Below are positions 1 through 10,714 of a stretch of DNA of 64,000 bases, piece after piece (position 1 is the first letter of the stretch; each line of letters starts with the position of its first letter). A program made the translations under genes and the position numbers. A model generated the notes under the pieces. That model did no database searches and was not told the origin of the DNA. It saw only the letters and a list, made by a program, of their open reading frames with translations. Source of the DNA: Phycisphaera sp. (lineage in GTDB: Bacteria > Planctomycetota > Phycisphaerae > Phycisphaerales > SM1A02); the NCBI GenBank assembly GCA_016124975.1, contig WGMP01000011.1, forward strand, positions 5,693 to 69,692, given 5' to 3'.

Positions 1-209
1 CATCGATGCCGCACCAGCAGTTCAAACTGCCGCCCGCCTTCGGCAAGGTGTTCGTGAAAGTCCGCATCTTCCGACTTGGCCATGGGCCAGTTCTGCAGAA
101 TGAACGGGGCGCGCGCAGGGCAGTTCGCGAGCAGCTCGAACAGCCCTTTCGTGAGGTAGCGGGGAGGCTCCGACTCTTGAGTTCCGTTTCGTGTCATGTC
201 TTGTGACAT
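1..209 (-). CDS. Hypothetical protein, N-terminal part only (gene continues beyond the left window edge); fourth gene downstream of the restriction-like operon
   Basis: Absent from the ORF track because it is open-ended. A reverse-strand ATG at 209-207 reads MSQDMTRNGTQESEPPRYLTKGLFELLANCPARAPFILQNWPMAKSEDADFHEHLAEGGRQFELLVRHR with no stop to position 1. Its composition is balanced, unlike the overlapping + strand ORF 6..206. It begins 60 nt after the helicase stop on the same strand. Confidence 0.4.
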   Translation of the reverse strand, partial: MSQDMTRNGTQESEPPRYLTKGLFELLANCPARAPFILQNWPMAKSEDADFHEHLAEGGRQFELLVRHR

Positions 210-269
210 AGGATCAAGGCCCCTACGCGGACTCCTCGGACCAGGGCATCGCCGTTGACGCGCCTTCCC

Positions 270-2802
<2,533 letters not shown>

Positions 2803-2810
<8 letters not shown>

Positions 2811-4410
2811 CGCTGGCGTCCATGGGGCGGATCGTCGACTCGATAAACGCGACGTCTGCGGAGGAAAGCCCGTACTTCTTGAAGAGCTTCGCGTCAGTCC
2901 ACGCACGATCCATCGGCAACTTCGGCACGAATGCGAACCGCTCGCTGTAGAGATGCTGGGTGTTCGTCCGCAGCGAAACCAAGAACCGTACGAACCGTGT
3001 CCGAAGATACGCCATGAGGTTCGCCGCTTCCTCCTCCGACTGGAACCGTCCGACTACGAGGTAGGTCTCCGTGCATGCGGTGCCAGGCGGACCAGCCAGA
3101 ATGCGTGAGAACACTCGCCGCATGCCGTTCTTGTCGGTTTGCCCGCCATGTTCGCTGGCCGTGCTCGAGAGGAACACCTTCCACTCGTCCACCCAGTCGG
3201 TGTTTCTCGGGATCTCGTCGCGCTCGATGAAGCCCATCCCTCCGTTCTGGTAGAGGCGCACCGCACGCTTCATGCCCTTCGCCGAAGGAGCACCGCGGAA
3301 GTTTGTTCGCAGGCTGAAAGGCTGGATGGGCGCGACGTCACCCGCCATGCTCTCGAACTGACGCCGGGAATCCACGGCGAGAACTCGCTCCAAGATTGGG
3401 ATCGCCTCGTTGTAGCGGACGAGGATGTCGTATTCGTCCAGATGCCGCTCCAAGGGCGGACGCTCGACGCCGCCGACGGTGGTGGTCACCCTGCATCGCC
3501 CGTTGAAGGACGCATCCCAAAGGAAGTACGAAATGCCCCCCGCGATGTCAACGCCGCCGAAGACTTCACGCGAGTCAGGGAAGTCCGCGAGGACGCGGAG
3601 TCGCCGGTCGGACAGCATCTCCTGCCGGAACTCATCGAGGCCACGGCCGCCTGCGAACCATCGTGACGGTGTCACCATCGTCAGGTATCGAGGATCAAGG
3701 GCCTTCGCGGTCTGGATGAACTTCTGGTAGATCGGCATGGCGAAGCTGCCGATCGCATCGCCTCCGCTCTGCCCGAGTTGGTAAGGCGGGTTACCGATGA
3801 TGACGTCGAACTGCATGTCAGCTCCAAGAATCTCGGCCAAGCGCTGCCTCGGATCGGACGTATGCAAGAGCGCGTAGGCATGCGTCTCGAGGCCGGGACC
3901 TCGGTCGTAGTCGCGGCGATTCGCACCGCAGTACACACACTTGCCCTCGTCCCACTCGTGCTCCGTCCGCTCGAACCAGATGTTGCCCGCGTCCGTCTTG
4001 AAGCCCCGTGCGACCGAGTGCTTTCCCTTCGCGAACTTCGAGCAGTACAGGCTGCGACGCGCCAGCAGGCTGGTGAGGTGCGTGATCCCGATGCCGAAGA
4101 CCTGCTCGGTGAGGATGTGCTCGACCCGCTTCTCGAGGTCGGGCATTCGCTCCGCAAGTCCGGTGTTCAGGCGGCGCGTGATCTCGCGCAGGAAGACGCC
4201 CGACTTCGTGCAGGGGTCGAGGAAGCGGACTGTCGGGTCAGACCAGATGCTCGCGCCGCCATGGGACTCGGCCCAAGCGGCCGCGAGGGTGTCGAGCATC
4301 CGGTTCGCGAGCTCGGGAGGCGTGAACACCTCGTCGTTCGACAGGTTCGCGATGCAGGTGAGGACATCGGGATTGCGGCCACGGAGCGAGAAGCGGCCCT
4401 GCGCGGTCAT
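2803..4410 (-). CDS. N6-adenine DNA methyltransferase (Eco57I/TaqI-like gamma class with C-terminal target-recognition region)
   Basis: Start at the internal ATG (MTAQGRFSL) at 4410, forming an ATGA overlap with the upstream gene's stop. It contains EVFTPPELANRMLD, the motif I-like FLDPCTKSGVFL, and catalytic FDVIIGNPPYQ. The C-terminal tail (...LFKKYGLSSADVAFIESTIRPMD) is typical of this MTase family. Confidence 0.9.
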
Positions 4411-5069
4411 GCCGGCCTCCCCTCGGCGGATCTTTCGGCGGCGAGCTCGGCCACCGACTGCGGCGGGTAGGTCTTGACCGGGGTGAAGATCTGGTGCTTG
4501 CCGAGCTCGGCAAACAGCGATCCCTCCGCGGTGAATGCCGCTGTCTGGGTGAGCACATCGAGCCGGAAGTCCCGTCGCTGGAACCTGCCCTTGCCGAGGT
4601 AGCCCCACTCGGCGAAGACGATCGGGGATCCGCCCGCGGTGAGCATCGTCAGCGCGTCGCCGTGCACGAGGTTCTGCGCGAGGACATGCCGCGCGGCGCG
4701 ATAGAGGTCGTCGGATTCCTCGAGGCCGAGGTAGGTGGCGAAGACCTCGAGCATGTTCTTCGCACACTCGGCGATGTTGTCGGCCAGGAGCTCGACCCCG
4801 TAGGCGCACATCAGGCCAAGGAGCGCGTAGTGCCGCTTCTCAAAGTCCGACTTCCCGAACTTCAGCTCGACCGCCGCGAGCTTGCGCTGCAGGATCCGCA
4901 CGAGGAAGTTGCCGCTGCCACAAGCGGGCTCGAGAAAGCGGGCGTCGATGCGCTCGCTCTCGCCCTTCACGAGGTCGAGCATGGCGTCGACCATCCACGG
5001 AGGGGTGAACACCTCTCCGTGGTCTGCGACGCGCTGCTTTGACTTGATGAGGTCCATCGATCGATTCAC
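4407..5069 (-). CDS. Short SAM-MTase-fold protein lacking the catalytic NPPY motif (degenerate or truncated MTase paralog)
   Basis: 220 aa with HGEVFTPPWMVDAMLDL, motif I FLEPACGSGNFLV, motif II-like AYGVELLADN and LVHGDAL. Where the neighbouring MTase has FDVIIGNPPY, this protein reads FRLDVLTQTAAF. The codon at 5069 is GTG; an ATG (MDLIKSK) lies at 5057. It is translationally coupled (ATGA) to the next gene. Confidence 0.7.
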   Translation of the reverse strand: MNRSMDLIKSKQRVADHGEVFTPPWMVDAMLDLVKGESERIDARFLEPACGSGNFLVRILQRKLAAVELKFGKSDFEKRHYALLGLMCAYGVELLADNIAECAKNMLEVFATYLGLEESDDLYRAARHVLAQNLVHGDALTMLTAGGSPIVFAEWGYLGKGRFQRRDFRLDVLTQTAAFTAEGSLFAELGKHQIFTPVKTYPPQSVAELAAERSAEGRPA

Positions 5070-5184
5070 CCGCTCGGTCCGACTCGGCGCGGGCGACCCG
5101 CTCCGCGTGGGAAGATACTTGCCGACCGGCCGGTCTGCCCGTGAAGGTCGCTCGGATTCGTGCTCGCAGCAACAGGCACCACCC

Positions 5185-5231
5185 CGCCGAAAGACAGAAG
5201 GGCGCGCCGACTCGACGAGCCGGCGCGCCCT
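5185..5231 (-). terminator. Possible intrinsic terminator after the Gp37/Gp68 gene
   Basis: An 11-bp perfect stem, AGGGCGCGCCG (5199-5209) pairing with CGGCGCGCCCT (5221-5231), with an 11-nt loop. On the minus strand it is followed by TCTGTCTTTCGG. The loop is long and the U-tract is interrupted. Confidence 0.35.
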
Positions 5232-5260
5232 GGGGCGACCTTGATGCGTGAAACTACGGC

Positions 5261-6166
5261 CTACGCCGCCGCATGTGACCGCGACGGATCGGTTGGTGGA
5301 GCCACGCCGTCACCGTCAACGGCACCGGCCCCTACGGTTTCGGCGTCCGCGGCCGCTGCACCGTCACCGTCAACGGTCCCGGCACCACCCCCTGCCTTGG
5401 CCAGCGCTGGCTTCGGAATCCCGAGCTGGACGAACCTCGGAGCGGGGAAGTCGTGGTGCAGGACGCCGTCGAGCGTCTCGCCCTGGCCTGGTCTAAACGC
5501 GCTCGACTGCTTGTGAAAGAACGTCACGCGCTCCCTCGCGCACCGGTCGCGCATGTCGCGGGCCCACTGCGGATCCGCGGCCCTGTATCCCGGCCCCGAC
5601 TCGCCGCCGAATATGACCCAGTCGATTCCCTTGAGGTCGAGGGTGTGAAGCGGCCCGAGTGCCGGTTCGTAGCTGATGAACTTCACCGTCGCGCTGATCT
5701 GCCGCAGGATGTCCGCGCGGTGCGCGACCTCGACGGACTCGACGGAGGTTCCCAGCCAGATGTTCGCCCACCCAAGCCCCCAGTCGCGGGGCAGGAACCT
5801 GCGGATGTTCTGCGGCCGCTTGGTCAGCAGCTGAAAGTGCAGGTTTGGACACCTTCGGAAGAGCTCCCAAGCCTTGAGACGCGCGTCGACCACATCGGGA
5901 TGGTCCTCGAAAAAGTCGGCGAGCGAGGCGCAGAAGACGCGCTCGACCACGCCCCGCTTGGCGGCATCACGCTGCCACTTCTCGACATTCTTCCAGGTCG
6001 CTTCGGAGGTGACCTGCCGACGGGAGTTCGGCCCCCAGAGAGGCTTGCCCATCCGGCCGGTCACCATTTTCTCCGCGTAGCAGTGCTTGCAGCCCTGACT
6101 CACTTTCTGGCATCCCATCCACGGATTGAAGGTGTGGTGGGTCCAGCTGATGCCTGTTTCTTTCAT
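5261..6166 (-). CDS. Phage Gp37/Gp68 family protein (DUF5131, three-Cys motif)
   Basis: Start at the internal ATG (MKETGISWTHHTFNPWMGCQKVSQGCKHCYAEKM). This is the characteristic N-terminal ISWT..NPW.GC....GC..CYA signature. A low-complexity Gly/Ala/Asp tail lies at the C-terminus. Confidence 0.85.
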   Translation of the reverse strand: MKETGISWTHHTFNPWMGCQKVSQGCKHCYAEKMVTGRMGKPLWGPNSRRQVTSEATWKNVEKWQRDAAKRGVVERVFCASLADFFEDHPDVVDARLKAWELFRRCPNLHFQLLTKRPQNIRRFLPRDWGLGWANIWLGTSVESVEVAHRADILRQISATVKFISYEPALGPLHTLDLKGIDWVIFGGESGPGYRAADPQWARDMRDRCARERVTFFHKQSSAFRPGQGETLDGVLHHDFPAPRFVQLGIPKPALAKAGGGAGTVDGDGAAAADAETVGAGAVDGDGVAPPTDPSRSHAAA

Positions 6167-6287
6167 TTGAACATCTCCCTTCCCGCCGTTCGACCCGATA
6201 CCGCAGCCGCGCGGCGGACGCACCCGCCTCCCCCGAAGAGGAGGCGGGTGCCTGCAGCGCTGACGATGAGCTCCTGATGCGAGGCGC

Positions 6288-6836
6288 TCACGCGATACCC
6301 CCGCTCTGCCCTTCGAGTGCGGCCAGGCACTTCGCGCCGGCGTCCTCGAGGTGGAGGACGAGCATCTCGGAATCCGAGTCGGGGCAGATCAGCTGCCCAC
6401 GCTGGACCGCCTTGAAGAGCGCGTCGGCGAGCTGCACCTCACCCTCGCTGAGCCTGTCGCGATCGACGCAGCTGAGGATGCGCCCGACAAGCGCCGGGGT
6501 GTCGTGCTCGGGCCCCACGGGCACGGGCACGCGGCCCACGAAGCTCACGAGCGCGGTCATCTCCGTGCGCCACTCTGCGAGCAACTGCTTCGCCAGAGCG
6601 GGGTCCCGCTGGATTCCTTCGACGACCAGCGCCTCGACTTCGCCGGCCTGTGGGGTCTCCCTCCTACCGAGGAGCGGCGCGAACTTCTCGCCGAGCAGGT
6701 GCATTCCATGAATGGCTGCCTGCGCCTCAAGCACCGAGGTGTACTTCTCGCGCGCCGCAAACTCCTCCGGGAGCATGCCGTTCAGCAGCGCCCAGGCTTC
6801 GGACTGGAACATTTCATGTGCGGTCTTCTTATTCAT
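6288..6836 (-). CDS. Hypothetical protein (182 aa), no recognisable domain
   Basis: ATG at 6836 preceded by an A-rich leader (TTAAAAAAAGAAGACAAACAC). The amino-acid composition is balanced (MNKKTAHEMFQSEAWALLNG...), in contrast to the Arg-rich alternative frames. Confidence 0.6.
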   Translation of the reverse strand: MNKKTAHEMFQSEAWALLNGMLPEEFAAREKYTSVLEAQAAIHGMHLLGEKFAPLLGRRETPQAGEVEALVVEGIQRDPALAKQLLAEWRTEMTALVSFVGRVPVPVGPEHDTPALVGRILSCVDRDRLSEGEVQLADALFKAVQRGQLICPDSDSEMLVLHLEDAGAKCLAALEGQSGGIA

Positions 6837-6987
6837 GTGTTTGTCTTCTTTTTTTAACTCTCACTCGGTTTGACGAGCTTCTCTGCGTACGGTGCCCAGG
6901 CACGCGCCTGGGTCTTCATCTCGGTCGTTGCTTTGGCCTGCAGTCACCTCGCTTTCTCGAATCCGGCGGTCGACGGCACGGGGTCGC

Positions 6988-7200
6988 TCACTCGCCCTGC
7001 GGCTTGCCCGCCGCCGACCGGCGCTTGCCGGACTTGATGAGGGACACCTGTGAGGGCGAGCAGCCGAACTGGCGTGCGATTTGGTTGCCCGAGATCCCCG
7101 CATCCAGCATGGCGCGGATCTCCGTAACCTCGTCGTCGCTGAGCTTCTGCGGATAGCGGCCGCCCTGATCCCGATTCTTGGAAAGGTGATCGCCGTTCAT
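6988..7200 (-). CDS. Small helix-turn-helix protein (about 70 aa)
   Basis: The internal ATG at 7200 (MNGDHLSKNRDQGG...) forms an ATGA overlap with the stop of the PrimPol gene. LSDDEVTEIRAMLDAGISGNQIARQFGCSPSQVSLIKSG resembles a resolvase/terminase-small-type HTH. Confidence 0.6.
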   Translation of the reverse strand: MNGDHLSKNRDQGGRYPQKLSDDEVTEIRAMLDAGISGNQIARQFGCSPSQVSLIKSGKRRSAAGKPQGE

Positions 7201-9374
7201 GCGGCCCCCCTTTCGTTGCCGTTGGCCACACCGCCGACGGGCCGCCCCGGGAAGAGCTGCATCGCGATGCGCATGGCCTCGTCGAAGTCGCTGTCCTCGG
7301 CGAGCAACCTGCCCTCGGCGTCGGTCCTGCGCTGGCGTTGGTGCAGGACGGCCACGCACTTCGCCATGGTCAGGATCATCGCGGACCTGCGCGGGGTATC
7401 GGGATGCTCGAGGTTGAGCCGCGATGCGATCCGCGCCACAAGGTCCTTCGTGGTCAACACCACCGTCTGCGGCCGGAGCATTCGGCGGTACGCGTGCTGC
7501 ACGGCGATCATGTGCGCCTCTTCCGACGGACTCGTGACGCCCTGAGCACCTACCGCCTGCATCTCGATGATCTTCATCACGTCCTCGCGCTGGTTCGCGA
7601 GCTGGAGCACGAGGCTGCGGGACAGGTCCTCGGCGAAGACATTCGTCGATGTCGTCGACTGGAACACGGATGCGGGGCCGCGCACATGGAGCCGGAGCCC
7701 CCTGGCCCCAGCGTCTCCGCCCGCGACGGTCTGGTGCGTGATCGCGTTGTTCGAGATCAACTCGCGCATGAGGAGCGTCGCATGTCCGCTCGCACCCGCC
7801 TCCTCGTGGGCGCGCTCGCCGAGCAGCACGAAGCGGTACTCGATCGAGTTCTCACCCAGATAGGCCAGCGCCTTTGGCGACATGCTGCTGAGACGCAGCA
7901 CCAGTTCAGGCGGCATGAGCCGCGCGACGCACTCGCCGAGCCGCGACTTGCCGCTTGCACGCGGGCCGCGGACGAGCGTATAGAAGGACTGACCGGTGAG
8001 CGGAGCGGCCGACGCGAGGATCGCCGCCTCGATGACATGGTCGGCACCCACGAATCCGACCCGACGGACCGCATCGACGAGCTGAGAAAGAAGGTCGGGA
8101 TCCTTCGCGAACCTCTCGGCTTCGGCAACGATGTCCGCAGGGGTCGCCGCGAGCTCTCGGGCCGCGATCTCGATCGCGCCCGGCATCACGGGCGCGGGAA
8201 GAGGCTCGGACAGCTCGGCATCGAGATCCTCCGCGGCCCGTGCGAGGACCTTCGCGCAAACCTGCGGGAAGAGACCGTCAAGCGCGGCCCGTACGTGGCG
8301 CACGCGTTCACGCTGCCGCCCGCCGCTCGGAATCTTCCGCTCGGATGCGCCCACGGCCAGGCGCGTCTGATCGATCTCGCGAACGACCTTGAGGCCGAGC
8401 GCCTCGACCACGGCCCTGCCGTGCGGCGCGAGGAGCGTGCCGAGCTCGTCCTTCGGTGACTTCCCGGCGATCTTGCGCGCCGAGGCCAGTTTGTGCTCGA
8501 GCGCCGAGCGCTCCCACTTCGGCCGGCACTTCTGCGCGTTGAACTCCTCGAGCAGCCCGAGCGCTTGCGAGTCGTCGAGCCCGGCACGGAGGACGAGGTC
8601 GGCGGCGACGCGAAAGGTCTGATTGTCGCCGCCCTGGCCCGCGACGGCCGGATCGGCGGCCTCGATCGCCGCGCGCCCGGCCTGCAGCCGCAGCTCGATG
8701 GGAACCTGCTGGAGCCAGCCGCCGAGGTTCACGACCGCGGTCGGGCCCGGGTCTTCCGCCACCGTCTCGTCGACGAGAAGCTCTTCAAGCCAGTTGGGCA
8801 ACGGTGCGATCGGAATCTCGCCGAGCGCCTTGCCGGCCTCCCACGCGTACTCGACGCCCGTGTTCGGGTGCACGCTGGTCGGGGCGACGACGAACCCGCC
8901 CTCGCCGCGGACATCGATGCCCTGCGCGAGCTTGCCCGCCGAGTTTCGGATCGCCGCCGCGGTACGGAAGTAGAGGTGTCGCCCACGCTGACTGGTCGCA
9001 GGGTCGATCCGTCCGGTGAGGGCGGTCACGGTTTCATGGCCGAGCCGCGCCACGAAGTCCGCGTCGGCGCCAGGATCGATGTCGACCACGACGAGGCCGC
9101 CGCTGATCGAACCGCAGCGGAAGCCGATGTTCCCATCCGGCGTCCATCGAGCCATATCCTCGGCCTCGGGGAACACACGCTGATTCCAGCCGCTTTGGAC
9201 CGGCAGCTTCGACCGGGGCCGAAGTGGCATCGGCGCGATGCCATGCTGGACCGCCAGCGCGAGCACCGCCTCGCGCGGGCTCGGCGCAGGGGTGATCACT
9301 CTGGAACACTCGATCCCCGTCTCCGTCGGACTTGCATTCGATTCACTCGTGTCGGTCGCTGCCATGGCTGCCAC
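7197..9374 (-). CDS. Bifunctional DNA primase/polymerase (PrimPol) N-terminal domain fused to a P-loop NTPase (element replication protein)
   Basis: Motifs GGLVVVDIDPG, RGRHLYF and GIDVRGEGGFVVAPTSVHPNTGVEY match the PrimPol N-terminal domain. Walker A is GPRASGKS. Position 9374 is GTG; an ATG lies at 9365. Confidence 0.85.
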   Translation of the reverse strand: MAAMAATDTSESNASPTETGIECSRVITPAPSPREAVLALAVQHGIAPMPLRPRSKLPVQSGWNQRVFPEAEDMARWTPDGNIGFRCGSISGGLVVVDIDPGADADFVARLGHETVTALTGRIDPATSQRGRHLYFRTAAAIRNSAGKLAQGIDVRGEGGFVVAPTSVHPNTGVEYAWEAGKALGEIPIAPLPNWLEELLVDETVAEDPGPTAVVNLGGWLQQVPIELRLQAGRAAIEAADPAVAGQGGDNQTFRVAADLVLRAGLDDSQALGLLEEFNAQKCRPKWERSALEHKLASARKIAGKSPKDELGTLLAPHGRAVVEALGLKVVREIDQTRLAVGASERKIPSGGRQRERVRHVRAALDGLFPQVCAKVLARAAEDLDAELSEPLPAPVMPGAIEIAARELAATPADIVAEAERFAKDPDLLSQLVDAVRRVGFVGADHVIEAAILASAAPLTGQSFYTLVRGPRASGKSRLGECVARLMPPELVLRLSSMSPKALAYLGENSIEYRFVLLGERAHEEAGASGHATLLMRELISNNAITHQTVAGGDAGARGLRLHVRGPASVFQSTTSTNVFAEDLSRSLVLQLANQREDVMKIIEMQAVGAQGVTSPSEEAHMIAVQHAYRRMLRPQTVVLTTKDLVARIASRLNLEHPDTPRRSAMILTMAKCVAVLHQRQRRTDAEGRLLAEDSDFDEAMRIAMQLFPGRPVGGVANGNERGAA

Positions 9375-9633
9375 TCCCTGCGGTTGCTGCGGGCGGCGCG
9401 GAACACCCGCGCGGTCCCTCCGCTTGAGCAGGAAGAATGCGGCCCAAAAGGCCCATGAAGGTGATTCACTAGTGAACGGAAAGCGCCGCGCTCATGACGC
9501 GGCCGCCATGACGCCAAAGCGCATCTCGCCTCCCGAACAACGGCCACCTCCGCCGCACAAAGGACCTTTGTGCAGAGCCGTTTACGCTCGTCGTAAGTCC
9601 ATTTCATACATGGACTTGCGCCGCAGGACGTCT

Positions 9634-9678
9634 ACCTTGCCAAGGTAAATGTCGAGGGTTCGATCCCCTTCACCCGCT
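9634..9678 (+). pseudogene. 3' half of tRNA-Gly(GCC): anticodon arm, variable loop, T-arm and acceptor 3' strand. Probable attR remnant, not a functional tRNA.
   Basis: ACCTTGCCAAGGT is an anticodon stem-loop with GCC at 9639-9641. The T-arm is GAGGG-TTCGATC-CCCTT and the acceptor 3' strand is CACCCGC plus discriminator T. No complementary GCGGGTG acceptor 5' strand or D-arm exists in the 80 nt upstream. Confidence 0.6.
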
Positions 9679-10683
9679 TCAGGAGCAGGCGCGAGGCCAA
9701 GCCTCGCGCCTGTTGCGTTTTTCGGCTCCCGCGGCGGCAGTCGCCCCCTTCCTGCGCCGCCGCAGCCGCGGGGTGCGGCCTGCGGTGCGCCACCCGATGC
9801 GCGCGACCACAGGCGTGTGGTCGCTCGGCCACCTTCCGCCGGGCTTTCGGAGGTCGATCGCGCACGAGCGCACGGCAAACGCGTCGTTCACAAGGACGAA
9901 GTCGATGCGGACATCGCCACATCGCTCGTTCCATCCGTTGAAGGTGCCCTGCTCGGGCGCGTCGCGGTTCGCGTCGCGCCACGCATCGCGCAGGCCCGCG
10001 CCCGCGTGCGCGAGCAGCGCCGCGATCGGCGCGCTCGCAGGCCCGCAGTTGAAGTCGCCGACGAGGACGACGGGGTCGCGGTGCGTGCGCGCGGCGATTC
10101 GATCGGCCACGAGACGCGCGGCCTCGAGCCGCGACTCGGCGCCGCGGTGGTCGAGGTGCACGTTGAAGATGTAGAGGGCGCGCGGCGCGGCGCCCGCGGC
10201 GGGCGCGCGCTCGATGAATCGCGCGAAGGTCGCGATGCGCGGAATCGACGAGTCCCACGACTTCGAGCCTGGCTCGTGGGGCGTCGTCGAGAGCCAGAAA
10301 GTCCCCTGCTCCTTCGCGTCGGCTTCCCACAGCGCGGCGTCGTAGAGGATCGGGCACGCCTCGCCCTTCGCGGGGTCGACCTCGCGCGTGCGCGAGATCG
10401 CGGTGAAGCGCGGGCAGTCGGCCAGCACCTCCGCGAGCTGCGATGGCAGCACCTCCTGCAGCCCCCAGAAGTCGCCCTCGCGCAGGATCTCCGCGACCAT
10501 CGCGCGTCGATGCCGCCACGCGTTCGTGCCGTCCCCGTCGTTCGCGTAGCGGATGTTGAAGGTGCCGACCGAGATCTCGTCGGGCGGATGCGCGGCGACA
10601 GGAGACGGCTTGCGCGCCTCGGCTTCAGGCGGCGTCGAGACGCCGAGGACGCACGACACCGCGAGCGCGATTGCGGAGAGCAT
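9679..10683 (-). CDS. Endonuclease/exonuclease/phosphatase (EEP) family protein, secreted
   Basis: N-terminal signal-like MLSAIALAVSCVLGV. Motifs are VGTFNIRY, LQEV, VHLDH, GDFN and SDHTPV. A basic roughly 30-aa C-terminal tail is encoded antisense to the terminator hairpin, and its stop abuts the tRNA remnant. Confidence 0.85.
   Translation of the reverse strand: MLSAIALAVSCVLGVSTPPEAEARKPSPVAAHPPDEISVGTFNIRYANDGDGTNAWRHRRAMVAEILREGDFWGLQEVLPSQLAEVLADCPRFTAISRTREVDPAKGEACPILYDAALWEADAKEQGTFWLSTTPHEPGSKSWDSSIPRIATFARFIERAPAAGAAPRALYIFNVHLDHRGAESRLEAARLVADRIAARTHRDPVVLVGDFNCGPASAPIAALLAHAGAGLRDAWRDANRDAPEQGTFNGWNERCGDVRIDFVLVNDAFAVRSCAIDLRKPGGRWPSDHTPVVARIGWRTAGRTPRLRRRRKGATAAAGAEKRNRREAWPRACS
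9687..9722 (+). terminator. Rho-independent terminator (native terminator of the tRNA-Gly locus)
   Basis: An 11-bp perfect stem, AGGCGCGAGGC (9687-9697) pairing with GCCTCGCGCCT (9701-9711), followed by GTTGCGTTTTT. Confidence 0.7.
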
Positions 10684-10714
10684 GGCGCGAGTCTATCTGC
10701 GCTGGCACACCGCG

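Noticed and set aside
9603-9678. Possibility of an intact tRNA gene at 9.6 kb
   Set aside because: The T-arm, anticodon arm and acceptor 3' strand are present. However, no sequence complementary to CACCCGC and no D-arm exist in the expected 5' region (…TTCATACATGGACTTGCGCCGCAGGACGT…), so it cannot fold into a cloverleaf. It is called a remnant instead.
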